Positions 23,955-36,768 of a stretch of DNA of 64,000 nt are shown here, one piece after another. How positions within the stretch are numbered: the first letter of the stretch is position 1; every line of letters begins with the position of its first letter. The notes beneath the pieces are model-generated. The model searched no databases, was not told where the DNA came from, and saw only the letters and a list, made by a program, of their open reading frames with translations. Made by a program: the position numbers and the translations under genes. This stretch comes from Macrostomum hystrix. Lineage: Eukaryota; Animalia; Platyhelminthes. The stretch lies in NCBI GenBank assembly GCA_950097015.1, contig CATNEN010000032.1, forward strand, positions 1,426,001 to 1,490,000, read 5' to 3'.

Positions 23955-24520
23955 CTTCTCTAGACATTCAATAGTCCTTCTCTAGACATTCCATAGTCCT
24001 TCTCTAGACATTCAATAGTCCTTCTCTAGACATTCCATAGTCCTTCTCTAGACATTCAATAGTACTTCTCTAGACATTCAATAGTCCTTCTCTAGACATT
24101 CAATAGTCCTTCTCTAGACATTCCATAGTCCTTCTCTAGACATTCAATAGTCCTTCTCTAGACATTCAATAGTCCTTCTCTAGACATTCAATAGTCCTTC
24201 TCTAGACATTCAATAGTACTTCTCTAGACATTCAATAGTACTTCTCTAGACATTCCATAGTCCTTCTCTAGACATTCAATAGTCCTTCTCTAGACATTCA
24301 ATAGTCCTTCTCTAGACATTCCATAGTCCTTCTCTAGACATTCAATAGTCCTTCTCTAGACATTCAATAGTCCTTCTCTAGACATTCAATAGTCCTTCTC
24401 TAGACATTCAATAGTACTTCTCTAGACATTCCATAGTACTTCTCTAGACATTCAATAGTACTTCTCTAGACATTCAATAGTACTTCTCTAGGCATTCAAT
24501 AGACCTTCTCTAGACATCCG
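23955..24520. repeat. 22-bp minisatellite (CTTCTCTAGACATTCAATAGTC), ~25 copies
   Basis: TAGACATT at 23961, 23983, ... Confidence 0.95.
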
Positions 24521-27500
24521 TTGTCTTCTAGACATTCTGAAACTTCTTTCTGAAACATCAGATAAACGCATCAAAAAATCTAATTCTAATTTTTTTTCTG
24601 AGTAGAAGAACCTCGATCAAAAAGACACTAGAATTCACAGTAAAAACGATTAAATAAAATCATTATTTTGTTTTCGTTACTCATAGTAGTCAGTTTTGCA
24701 GCGAAAAACCTGGAATCAATATGAAAAAAAGATAAACGAATGCCGTCAAAACCTGTTTGCAGTCAGATAAGTGTTCCGATAGCAAGAGAGCTAGTCCACA
24801 GAGCTCCAGACACCCCCTAGTCACTGTCTGTCTAACATGCCACTTATCTTTCTCTCTCTCTCTCTCTGCACCCCTTAACTAGGGTAGAAAGCAGGATGGC
24901 TGGTAGTTTGTGTGTGTGTACTTTTAATGTGGAACTAGCACTAGCTATAAGTGAAGCACACGCAAAACATACATTGAGAGTCAATAAATGATTAGCAAAA
25001 CTGAAACTTGACCTAAACCTACACTTAAATTAGCATTCATATTATTCATTAACAAAATAGAAATGTTGCCTGTTGCATGCTAAGTAGCCATGTCAAATTT
25101 CAAATAATATAACTTAAGATGTCAGCCTACAACTTGTAGGTTAAATTTAGTAAACTTTAATTTTTTTTAAATCTACACTATTTAAAAGTTCAGAATTTTA
25201 CAAGTTAACATTATAGTTATATAAATGTTATAAAATATATATCATTTTCAAACTAAGTGTAGCAGCCTAGTATTCCATTTTATTTTAGTAGTTAAATTTG
25301 CACAAAAAAATTATTCCAAAGTATATATTATATCTTACAGATTTTTATATTTTATGAAATTAGTTTTATTAAAACAAATTTAAACTCATAACCAGTATAA
25401 AAAGAGAGTCTGTTTCATAATAGAATACAACTCGCCAGTAAGCCAAAATAAAAAAGGCAAAAGTGTCAAACAAGGTAGGGCAGGGGTAGGCTGAGGTAGG
25501 TCTAGGCCTGTAGGGTATACCTAGCTATTGAATATTGATAATGGGGTAAGATTAGACAATTAAAATATTTGCTATGGGGGCTAAAATTATAGTCTTGACT
25601 ATAGCTGAGCCATATCTTATAGGCCTAAACAAAACCTATAATTTTTTAATAAGGGCAATTTCAATTTTTCAATTTTTCATATTATTTAAGCCTAGTTAAA
25701 GCCCACATAAGCTTTGGCGTTAAGTTTAAGTTAAGCCTATATATATATATATAAGTAAAAAAATATAAGCATAATTTTTTCTATATTTGATGAAATATAT
25801 CTAATAAAAAAATATATTACTTATTAAAAGACTACAGGATAGCCATAGGCATAGCTGATTTAGGCATATAGGCAGAATTATATGCTAGCAAAATATGTAG
25901 TTTAAATCCTAAGTATAAAAATATTTATTATTGTAGGAAGGCAATAGCATATCAATAGTGGAGTGGAGGCAATTCTGCCCATTTTGATTACTCCTGAGCA
26001 GGCACACACAAATATACTATACCTATGTGTATCTGAGTATCTCTGCCCTGACTTTGTCATTGTCAGGCAATGTACACTTCACTGTGCCCTTGGAGTTTGG
26101 CCTTCAATGGTGTAAATTGTACAATAAGCCCCAATCTTTCACTTCCTGGCTACACCCCAAATGATAGTGGCCTTGGCCTTGCCACAGTATCAAACTTAGG
26201 GACCATGGCAATGTACTGTGATGAACTTAGCAACCGCATTAATGCTCTGCCACCAAACCCCAAATCCTAGGTATAGCTATTTGACATTGTTTATAATTTC
26301 TAGAAGTAATCTTCCACATATGAATGAAGTATTGATAAAATCTCAACAGAAATATATTATAAACAATGTTAAGAGAACTTATATAAAAATTATTTTCTTT
26401 CTTTGCTATTTCTTTTATATACATGGACAATTGGACATGGGCATATTATTGGCATAAATATAGTTAGTATTTTAGATAGCTATATTTGTATATTTTTAAA
26501 GCTTGATTTGTGTTGTGCACGGATAGTAATAGTAAATGGATTTTGCTACAATTTAATTTTAGGGGTAACCTGAAATATTAGCACATCTGACAAAATAATT
26601 TGATCTCTAATGGATCATATACGGGATATACCATCACTAGCCCAAAATTGTATTGGAAAATGGGGGATAGCCTATAGCTTTGTACTTCTCATAGTTGCTA
26701 TGCTTATATGACTCTGCTACTGGCATTGGAAAGAACTAAATTATCAAACTAGATATATATATATTTGCCAGGGGTTAGCGATATGGGCGGCATCAGCCGC
26801 CTCCTCGCTGCGTCCGTCATGGAGGCTCCCTGCCGCTAAGTCAAGTAAGTATATATATATTATATATATACATATAGACATATTATATATCTATCATATT
26901 TACATATATTGTATATATTTATTTATTTATTTATCCCATACACCTAAAGTTTTCTTAAAGAAGCTAGATTATTTTACTTAGCTCTCTTAGCTGGCTTCTT
27001 AGCTGGCTGGCTTCTTAACAAATTTATAAACTAACCGAATCTGTAATCGTTCTGTTAAGTCAGTTCATCTGCAGCAATCATGTAAGCTCTGAGGTCATAA
27101 TATAAAGCTAGCCTTTAATCTCGGCAGTGAGCAGTACTCTTTGGCCTTAGGTTAGGAACTTATATCAAAACGTTCGATAGATAGACAGATAAATACATGT
27201 AGCTGCAGAGCAGTCGCGCATGGCCCAGTCCTATAATAAATGCTCAACAAAAACGCTAATTTGAAAAATCAAAACGATAAATATTGTTTACGTTAAATCA
27301 AAAGATACAGCATTATACCTTTTAACAGTATATAATGTAGTTAAAGCGTCATTAATACTTATTTGCTCTGCAGAATTATCGAACATTTTCTAAATATTTA
27401 AGTAATAACACTGGCTAGGCTTATTTCTTTCACCCACCTCTCAGAAGTTCACATTAAAAGGAACTGATCATTGAATATAGATTCATTGAACCGTGTATTG

Positions 27501-28759
27501 ACTATACAGTTGCAAAGACGTCCAAATCTAAGATAATTAAGTAGCACAGGAAAATACCAGCGATCTGCCATCTTGGCTTAATTGCCTTGGCTATAACTTA
27601 TAAAACCGGATCCTCTATGTAAAGCAAGGTGTAAAAGGAAATACTTTTTCTGAATATGAAGGAATTCATGTGTAAGCTGTATAGACAATTGGCTTGTGAC
27701 TTAATGATAGACATTAAATAATTATTAGCGGATGTTAATCATTATATCAGTCCAGAAACCACTGCAACTATATAGTGATCATTTTAGCCTATTTTAGCCT
27801 ATTATAGTAGGCTCTACGGCTGATGTAGGGTTCTGCACCGAAACCGCATTCAAATCAGTATACATTGTTACTTACATTTCTCAAAGATGTAAAATATATA
27901 AATCAAGCGCTCAACCACTGTTCACTCCATGGATTTCGCAGCTGTGTCACAATTTTGTAAAAAATTACCTTAGCGCTGTTACACATTTTACAATGGATAC
28001 TCAGAAACTGAAATCTAACAAGGCTAAACACAGACCCATACGGCTTGCTAATCTGTTTTGATAATAATTGCTTTGTATTTTCGTTATTCTATACTAGCAT
28101 CTGGCCGCAGTCGTCCTTGAGTATTCAATTCAATTGTATCTTTTGTTTATACATGTTACTTGAACGGGCAACAAAAGTCTCAGTCGCTTGCACTGATGAG
28201 TCGAATTACAATTTCATGACGTCCTCCAAGCGGAAGCTTTTTCTCAGTCTCGTGCTCAACCTTTGATGATTCACTCCGTTTCCTGATTTCCGCTTGCTTT
28301 TTATCAGACCGCTTTTGTTCAGATTCCTAGCGCTCGCAAAAGCATAGGTTCCATGAGCCAAAAAAGTTGCAGGCTCTAACCACTGCATCCCAGACGATGG
28401 AACTATTGTCAAGAAAATCGGCATGCAGTAGGTCCTCGTATTTATGGTTACAGAATAATGCCACTAAAACAAAGTAAAGCATAATTTTTGTAAGCTTTTT
28501 GCTGTGATTTCGCAATAGAGGATGTCAGAATTTCATCAATTGTTCTGTTTCTGTCGGAGTTTATGCAGATGAATCTCTAGTCGGAGAATTTCATGGAAAA
28601 AACGTGAAAGAACTTAAATTAAAGTAATTGGTTTACTTAGATCTCTTTTTGTCAACTTTCCTGCGGCTAGCGTTTTGAAAGAAAAATGCGATAGATAGAT
28701 AATGAAGAACAAAGGCCACGCATGCAGTTCAGGCAGTTGCTTGCTGTTTTAATAAACTA

Positions 28760-31560
28760 GTTTGTTACCAATATTTCGGCCAAGGTTTAGCCTTCGTCAG
28801 GGTATAATTAATAAAGAAACACGAAATATTTTTAAGCGAGTCACAAAGTTTAGAGTCAAAGGGTATAAAAGTAAGAGGTGTCGCAAAGTTGGCAAGTTCG
28901 ATCGCTGTGCAGGTGGTCAATTGGATGAGTCCGTCTCCTCTGAAATGTGGTTAAGCGTACAATCGATCAGAGTTGGAAGTCTTGAGGGGCAGAGTATGTC
29001 TTTTAACGAGCCGGACTTGGTGTACGCAGCTACAGTGCTCAAACCCTGTGCGTGCTCAGATATGGCAGTGCGCATTTTGCGTATAGTGCTTGCAGAGTGG
29101 TCACTGAATGGAATCACTATGGGAATGCATGCACTTTTGTTATTGTCAGCTGTGTTTATTCCAGCGGGAGCCATGGTGCTTAATAAGCCGATGAGTTTCT
29201 GCTCCATGTCACGGCGTTTGCGTTGAGCTGCCGCCTTGTCGGTGTCACTCTCACGACTTTTATGTACTACAGTCCCATGAAGCGTAAATCCTGGAGGCTG
29301 TGACCTGAAGCGCAAAAATGCCTTGCGACTGGGGTATCCTTGGTTAGTCTGATGTTGCTCAGGTGAGTCGAGTCGAGTCTTTAGAGCCCCACCTGTCTCA
29401 CCTCCATAAACGCAGCTGCCATCGCAAGCTTTGCAAAGAATAGCGTAGACAGTGTTTCTTGAATCGCAGCGGACTTTTTGGCAGATTCTGTAGACCATTT
29501 TCGTAGAATTGGAGCCAGGGCAGACCTGGCCGAATTGGCCGTGCTCCTTGCACAAGTCGCAGCCAGGGGTGTCACAGAATGGGAAACCAAACTCCCAAAG
29601 ACAATTTGGGTAGAAATCCGACCGAATATCCCTGCTTCTTCAATATGCCCATCAGGTCGCTGCTGGCCTGGTCAAAGTCGGCTTTGAATGTGCAGCGACG
29701 TGCATAGCGTAGGAACTGGGATTTCAAGATTCCCTTAAAGGTGTGCTTCGGGTGGAATGAGTTTGGGTTGGCGAGAGTCAGTGGGCTTGAAGTAGATCGA
29801 GCAAAGTCAGTTCTCTTATTATCATGTGTAGTTAGGCCAACATCGCAGTCTAGGAAGTTAACTTTTTCTTTACTGTGTTGCATTGTGAGCCGGATATTGC
29901 TGTCAAATGTATTTAAGTGTCTATGTAGTTCCAGCAGTTGGGACTCTGTACCAACAAAAACCATGAATATGTCGTCAATGTTGCGTTTATACAACAGTGG
30001 CGTGAAGGGTGCAGATCTCAGGGCTCTGGATTCCCAGTCTGCCATAAAGATGTTCGCGTAGCAAGGCGCAAAAGCTTTCCCCATACTTGTGCCCTTGATT
30101 TGAAGATAACGCGTGTCGTCGCTTCGTATGAAGGGTGGGTCGAGTCGAGTCTTTAGAGCCCCACCTGTCTCACCTACATAAACGCAGCTCGTAGATAGAT
30201 AGATAGATAGATGTCTGGTTGGGATGTCTGGTCACAGACCACCCCCGTGTCCAGCCCCTGAGCACAGGCAACTGGGTCCTGCGGTTGCGAGTCGGGAATC
30301 GCAATGACTTCCGCGGATGTGTCGAAGATACATGGATCGACAAAGTAAGTGTTCTCATAGGTTGCAGGTAGGGATGTCTGATCACAGACCACCCCCGTGT
30401 CCAGCCCCTGAGCACAGGCAACTGGACCCTGCATTTGAGTGCTTTGCACTTGGAAATCTTTCTCGGTGGAAAGAGTGTGGTTTTCACCCTCTTTGTAAGT
30501 GAGCAAACTAGGCTCTTCATTAAAGCTGCACCAGTCGGGGGAGCGGTGCAGGGGAGGTGCAGTGACAGGAACATGTTCCTGCACCGTTGGATCATCAAAT
30601 GTTAACGGGGACGGATGATTGTTTTCTCTTCGGATAGGATCATTGTGTGGAATCAACTCAGAGACCAACGCCCCGAATCTAACATTAGCTCTAGGAGCAT
30701 TGTTTGTTCGCGAAAAAAATGCGTTTGACTTACCGGAAGCGGAGTTGAGGTCAGGAACGACCAGTTGAATGCGATGCGGGACCAGTAGGGAGCGCAGCGC
30801 ACTTGGAGATGACTTAAAACGCCTACCTAAGTCCTTGGAAGCCCATCGGAAGCCAACTTGCCAGCCAGTAAGGATATCAGTTTGGCTGGACGATTCAGCG
30901 GCCTCCTCGATAGCAGTCGAGAGATGGAGAAGGCAGGACTCATAGTGTGACTCCATAGTGTCCTGGGTATTTGTCTCCCAGGTTTCTGCGCTTGACTTCA
31001 GACGGCGAATGCAGGCGTCTGAGGGCATGGCAGGGCAAATGAAGGTACGTAGTTGCCGGGACTGTTTGCCAGTTGTCCAGGTGGTGAGCCGACCGGAAAA
31101 GTTGTTTTACCAGCCGTGCAATGCGGGCAGCCTCTGCTGACAAAGCATTCTGCCACCTTGTGGGCGATATCAGTGCGACGGTTCCCTCGGACTCTGTTGC
31201 TGTTTCGTCTGTCGGTGTGGTGTGAGCTAAATTCCTCACGATAGCGTCTCGGGCCTGACTGGTCTCGAGCCCGTTCTAGTGTGTTCTCGTGGCGCCGTCT
31301 CCTCTCTGGACTGATTCTTGAGGGACGGCTTGTGACAGAGTAGCCCCAGTCTGACTCTTGACGACCACGTTGTTCAGGGCGTCTTGAGTACCCCAAGCGT
31401 TGGTTGTTGGGTATGGTAGCCAAAAGTGAAAAATAGAAAGGCCAAATAAAGTTTTTAGGGCAACCAGAACACTGAGCACTGGTCCTGGGAGAAGATAGAC
31501 GAAGGCCTCTTAGAGGCAATCCACGCACACAGTACTAGATGTTTTGAAATACCGATTTTT
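28760..31560 (-). mobile_element. Decayed Penelope-like retroelement (partial RT + C-terminal GIY-YIG endonuclease)
   Basis: RT motifs QIKGTSMGKAFAP and YKRNIDDIF, VNFLD, FLRYARRCT; EN VYAILCKAC...YGGETG...KTRL, with HLSNIR...PVARHF...GH in an alternate frame. Frameshifts present and RT fingers/motif A region missing. Confidence 0.9.
28766..28804 (-). ncRNA. Minimal type I hammerhead ribozyme (3' end of Penelope-like element)
   Basis: Minus strand reads TACC CTGACGA A GGCT aaacctt GGCC GAAA TAT T GGTA: catalytic core, stem II, palindromic stem III (ATAT), stem I TACC/GGTA. Confidence 0.85.
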
Positions 31561-31569
31561 TAATATATA

Positions 31570-32050
31570 GTACGATGGACCAAATTTTCGGCCAAAGCTG
31601 GGCCTTCTTCAGGGTCTGTATATTTAGAAAAGTCAAACGAAAAAATAGTGTTAAAGCGATCGCTTATATATATGGGAGGTTAAAAACCGTATTGATTTTA
31701 AAGTTAGAATTGTACATAAAAACTTTTTTAAACTAAGACGGGCACGTTAAAAATAAAACTGTCAATGCCACGTGCAGTCAGAGTCCTGTCAAAGGTTAAA
31801 GCGAATTATTGTTTATTTATGGAAGTAACTTGGATGAACATAGAATGTCCTTCAGAGAGCGTGAGCGTGTGTACGCTGCTACTATGCTCAAGTCACTGGC
31901 ATGGTCAGCCATAACCGAACGGATTTCGTGTACAGAATGGTCCGTATAAGGAATGACGATGGGGACGCACGCACTACGGCTAGTGTCAATGGAGTTCAGG
32001 CCAGATGGGGTCAGAGTTTTCAGGAGATTATTGAGTCTGAGTTCCATGTC
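31570..32050 (-). mobile_element. 3'-terminal fragment of a related Penelope-like element in tandem (pseudo-LTR-like)
   Basis: ORF 31817..32047 (LTPSGLNS...ACVPIVIPY...VAAYTRSRSLKDILC) aligns with the C-terminus of 28917..29555 (MAPAGINT...ACIPIVIPF...VAAYTKSGSLKDILC) and is followed by a hammerhead. Confidence 0.8.
31578..31616 (-). ncRNA. Minimal type I hammerhead ribozyme (upstream pseudo-LTR-like segment)
   Basis: Minus strand reads GACC CTGAAGA A GGCC cagcttt GGCC GAAA AT T T GGTC: core, stem II, palindromic stem III (AATT), stem I GACC/GGTC. Confidence 0.85.
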
Positions 32051-32339
32051 TCTTCTCTCTTCTCCGGGGTATCTTTTGCCAGTCTAATGTCGCTCAGGTG
32101 GGCTTGTAGTCGGACTCTAAGTGCCCCTCCTGTCTCTCCAATGTAGACACAACGGTCATTTCACAGCTCCTGCATAGGATTGAGTACACAACGTTTCTAG
32201 AGTCGCAACGGACTTTCTAGCAGATCCTATATACCATGTTGGTAGAGTTGGATCCTGGACAGATCTGTCCAAAATGGCCATGTTGTCTACACACCCGACA
32301 GGTTTCATTATTGCAGTTGTGGAAGCCAAAATCCCACTG

Positions 32340-32910
32340 GCGGTCGATGAATCACCAGTGCTGGATCACCGTGCAGCACCGCGTGTCCGGCTCGGCAGAC
32401 TTCAACCTTAACTGGACCGACTACAAGGCCGGCTTCGGCGAAGGTCCCGATGGAAACTTCTGGATGGGTGCGAGTCGAGGTTCCTATTTTGTCTAGAGTA
32501 GCTACGAGTGAAACTCACATCCTCAAAATTCCTTCAACGCATGTAGGAGATTTCAACTCGCAGATTTCAAACAATAAATTTATTGCAGGCCTCGACTTAC
32601 TGCATTATGAAACGAAAAATGTCTCTCGCAAACTTCGAGTCCTGATGAAGGCCTGGAACAACACCGAGCAGTGGATCGAGTACAAATTTGTTAAGGTGGG
32701 TCCAGAGTCAACCAACTATTTGCTCAACCTGTCTAGCGAATACTCGAGCAGCGAATCTGGAATCCGCGACTCCATTCAACTGGCCGAGGCTTCTCCACGA
32801 AGGATGTCAACAACGACCTGTGCACTGATAGGGGCTGGAATTGCGCGGCGCGTTACAAAGGAGGCTGGTGGTTCAACTGCTGCTCGGATGCCTTACTGAA
32901 CGATCTTCAG
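32340..32910 (+). pseudogene. Fibrinogen C-terminal (FReD) domain gene, frameshifted; 5' exons unresolved
   Basis: WITVQHRVSGSADFNLNWTDYKAGFG...NFWMG, intron 32468-32588, LDLLH...KLRVLM; frameshift near 32777 into TGRGFSTKDVNND..C..NCAARYKGGWWFNCC; donor at 32911. Confidence 0.75.
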
Positions 32911-33104
32911 GTAAAGTTGTCTCAATCACAGATCCTGATTTGATGTTGGAATAAATTTTACTTTCAGATATAGTTGTATAATTACTGTAACCAGTCAAGG
33001 AGAATTTTTGACTTAATTTCACACTGATTCCAAATAAATTTGATCATTTATTGTGATTAGGCCAGATGTGCAGCCGACAGCACAGCCGCAGCTATTGCGC
33101 CTAT

Positions 33105-33203
33105 TGTGTCTTCCTAAAGGACACGAATTGGCGAGTCGGGAATTGAGAATCGAGAATCGAACCCCGACCTTAAAGTCTTGAGTCTAACGTTCTTAGCACT
33201 AGA
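33105..33203 (-). mobile_element. Degenerate third copy of the tRNA/CORE SINE (head only)
   Basis: Minus strand GACTCAAGACTTTAAGGTCGGGGTTCGATTC...GTGTCCTTTAGGAAGACAC matches copies 1 and 2. Confidence 0.65.
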
Positions 33204-33375
33204 CAACAACCCCCTTGACGACAATCCTTGAAAATAACGCCCTTGACAACAACAACATTGACAACAACCACCTTGACAACAGCCGCCTTGACAACAACCT
33301 CCTTGACAACAACTCTCTCGACAACAAACCCTTTGACAAAACCCCCTTGACAATAATCCCCTTGACAACAACCCA
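33200..33375. repeat. ~18-bp degenerate repeat (CCTTGACAACAAC core)
   Basis: Read directly; gives N/D-rich and V/C-rich spurious ORFs. Confidence 0.85.
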
Positions 33376-34069
33376 CTCAAATGTGTCAATTCGAAGAAGT
33401 AGAGCGGGCATGATTTAGCTTTCAGCTTTTTAACTTCTCAGGTTTTTAGCTTTGAGTACGAAGGCTATTATGAGATAGACAATTCTGTTTAGTAAAATAG
33501 AATAAAAAACGATTGACAAGCTTCATTGGATACTTGGTTGGTTGTTGTTGTAGTTGAAGACGATAGGGAGGAAGACTGGATCGAGACAATTAAAAAATAG
33601 AGACAGAAAGTAGAATGACCGATGTAGCGTCAGAGAATTTGATCAAGAAGAGAGAGGGAGAAATACAGAAGCTGAGTTAATATGGTGCTGAGTCGTAGCA
33701 CCTCAGAATGACCAGAATTTGACCTTGAAGAGAGACATGTGCAGTGAAGGAAGCGATAGTGGATGGTTTGAGGGTAGAGCGCCAATGCAGACTGGGAAAC
33801 ACTAGAGAGCTCGATGTAGAGAGCCTTTATCCAACTAATGGATACCTCTAGTGCCTCTACCAAGGTAAACACAACTGCGATTGGGGCACGGCTGTCTAGA
33901 GAGTGAGTGGGAAATGGATTTCTGCACAAAACACGAAAGGCTCTGCAAGCCGAATGCGCCCAAAAAGCAGCGTGCCGCTCTTGGTCAGGTAGTAGGGGCC
34001 TTGTTTGACCGCGTGGGACCCATTGAGAAAGAGCTGTGGTCAGTCACTGGCAGTTTTCCAGGTCAATCG

Positions 34070-36768
34070 ATGTTCAAGTTGCATCTGAAGTCCACTCTGA
34101 TCTACCTGATGCTGGCCTGCTTGGCTGTATCAGGCTGGACCCCGGATGCTTCACCGGACGAGTTGGTTGCCAACGCATTGGGTCTGAAGTCTGCCGGCGG
34201 TTACAACCCGGATGTCAGGCCGCCGCCTGATAATGGAACTGCCAATTTGGTGCGCGTGCATACCAACCTCAACAGTCTAGTGGCTGTAGTGAGTGATGGG
34301 CCAATACATTCGCTCTACTGGTCGACTGTTCACTCTACTAGTCGACTGTTCACTCTACTGGTCGACTGTTCACTCTACTGGTCGACTGTTCACTCTACTG
34401 GTCGACTGTTCACTCTACTAGTCGACTGTTCACTCTACTGGTCGACTATTCACACTTCTGGTCGGCTGTTCACTCTACTGATCGACTATTCACACTTCTG
34501 ATCGACTATTAACTCTACTGATTGACTATTCACACTTCTGATCGACTATTAACTCTACTGATTGAGTATTCACACTTCTGATCGACTAATAACTCTACTG
34601 ATGATTTCTCATGTTTCCGATTGTCAAGTTACATTTATCACTGATGTTATCTCTTCATCTATTTTCAGAACTCGGCATCGCAAGAGATAAGCCTGCTCAT
34701 GTGGCTGACGCTTGTAAGTTTAACAATATGAATGATTAGTTCCATCCTGCAGTTCACAACTTGTGAAGCAATTAGGAAAATTTCCTGTTTCAGTCCTGGA
34801 CTGATAGACGGCTGTCCTGGCGAGGTCGTTTCAATGCCACTCTGGACGACGAGCTGGCGGTATATTTCCCCTCTAAATTGCTATGGCAACCAGATGTGTT
34901 CTACAATGATCTGTGAGTGCGGTCTGGTCCCTTGAAGATTGTTTTCCGGGGATAATAAACAGGTGTTGGAATATTTTGCGTCCATAATAGCCTCAGGATG
35001 AATATACTCACTCAAGATTGACGTCTCGCGAAAATTACTCTCTCACTTTAGTCGTGAATTACGCAACTCACTCTATGCATGGGAGGAGACTATGAATCAC
35101 TGTGACGGGGGTTGATGCTTGCACCAGAGAGAGTACTAAACTGCTTGACTATTTCGTTGCGATGGAGAGAGAATTTTTCGCCTTTTGACTGATGCTGAGT
35201 AATAATAATAATAATAATGATAATTGCAGGAGGGCTGCGGGCAGTGGCACACAATTTAGTGACATCAAACTTAGGTACCGTGGTGCGAGAGGCAAACGCG
35301 ATAACCGCTCTGCCACCGACCCCCTCCTGCTGAGTATATATATTCTGAGGCTATTATGGACACAAAATATCCCAACACCTGTTTATAAAATTGAGCTCAC
35401 TCATTTCAATCCACTGCGAACCTCACAGCCTGCATCTACAGCAGGTGTCAGTGAGCAACGCGGCAGCTCACGTTACGAGTAGCAACACCGGATCTGTGAT
35501 GACCTCCACACAGTACCTGACCACCAGCAAGTGCCCAATGAACATGTTCGCCTTCCCGTACGATCGGCAGTGCTGCACTGTGTCCATCTCATCAGCTATT
35601 TACCCGAAGCGCATTCTCTCGCTAAACGTCGGCGCGTTCCTTGAGAACGACTCAATTACGAAATACTTGTCCCGCAGCAACGAGTTCTGCATCACAAGCG
35701 CCGAAATACGAAAGTCTCCAGATGAGTACTTTGACATCCTACAGTTTGTCATCAACTTCAGGGTGATTTTTTAGATTTTGGTAGTTTTTTGTTGCATATT
35801 TAGTTGATTTGAGATTTCTTCATGGCCGCTGCAGTTGCTTGAACCACAGCCAGCAAGGACGCTATCAATATGCCTAAAATGCGACCAAAACACATGGCAC
35901 CTTTTCACATTTCTACGACTTTCTCCTGGTTGGACAATCTAACCAATATGCCCAACAATGAATACACACGTACAGTTACAGTTCTTGGGATTAAACCATC
36001 ATAGGGGATAATCACAAGAAAAGTTTTGAGAACCTTGACTATTGACATAAAAATGCAGTCAAATGGACATTTTCAGAGACGACCCATATTCTACGTGGTG
36101 AACCTGATCCTGCCCAGCCTCCTGCTGCTCGCCATCTCCTCTCTGACCTTCCGACTGCCGCCTGAGTGCGGCGAGCGAGTCTCCTTCAGCATCACCATCG
36201 TGCTGTCCATGTGCGTGTTCCTGCAGATGGTGAATGAGTACACGCCTACGCAGGGCGAGTCGATTCCTCTTCTCAGTGAGTTGGCTCAGGTGTTTGAAGT
36301 CAGAGTTCAAAGTAAGGTTCGTTTGCAGCAAGTCTGTCTCTCCACCCAACAGCCTGCTACTGCACCCTAGCTGTGGTGATGACCATGACTATTGTGCTGG
36401 GCAATGCGTTCGTGCTGCATTGCCACCACCGCCGTCGGGCTGGCAGCCCAGGTACTCCCCCGGGTCGCCTGGTCCGCGCTCTGTTTCTCAACCCCTTCGT
36501 TGCTAGGCCAAGACGTCATCCAATGAAAGCGGAGGCAGCGACACAACAGCAACTGCCGGAGGAGCCGGAGGCTCTAGCCAGCCAGCCACAGACCGCCTTG
36601 TCAACCGCAGCCGCTCACAACTGCCTTAGCAACAACGAATGGGGCGCCGTCATCTCAGCGGCCGACACCTGCCTTTTTGCAATGTACTTTAGCGTCACTG
36701 TTTCCATAGTGATTGTTCTGATTGTGGTGGGATTCGTCACCTCCAGACAAGAGTGTATCAATGACTAG
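34070..36768 (+). CDS. Cys-loop ligand-gated ion channel subunit A (nAChR-like, non-alpha), 443 aa
   Basis: Exons 34070-34288, 34669-34713, 34794-34912, 35429-35762, 36077-36275, 36353-36768. Signal peptide, RP, WTDRRLSW, WQPD, Cys-loop CPMNMFAFPYDRQCC, M1 RRPIFYVVNLILP, GER-M2, four TMs. Confidence 0.9.
34310..34605. repeat. 20-bp minisatellite (GTCGACTGTTCACTCTACTG) in intron 1 of channel A
   Basis: Read directly. Confidence 0.92.

Noticed and set aside
26067-26270. Possible PAN/apple-like exon (CPWSLAFNGVNCTI)
   Set aside because: Too few cysteines in one frame, no partner exons found, and no motif I can confirm.
28195-28235. Additional hammerhead at CTGATGAGTC
   Set aside because: No GAAA after a closable stem II.
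33114-33418. Cys-, Val- or Asn-rich short ORFs
   Set aside because: Products of an 18-bp repeat and a SINE head.
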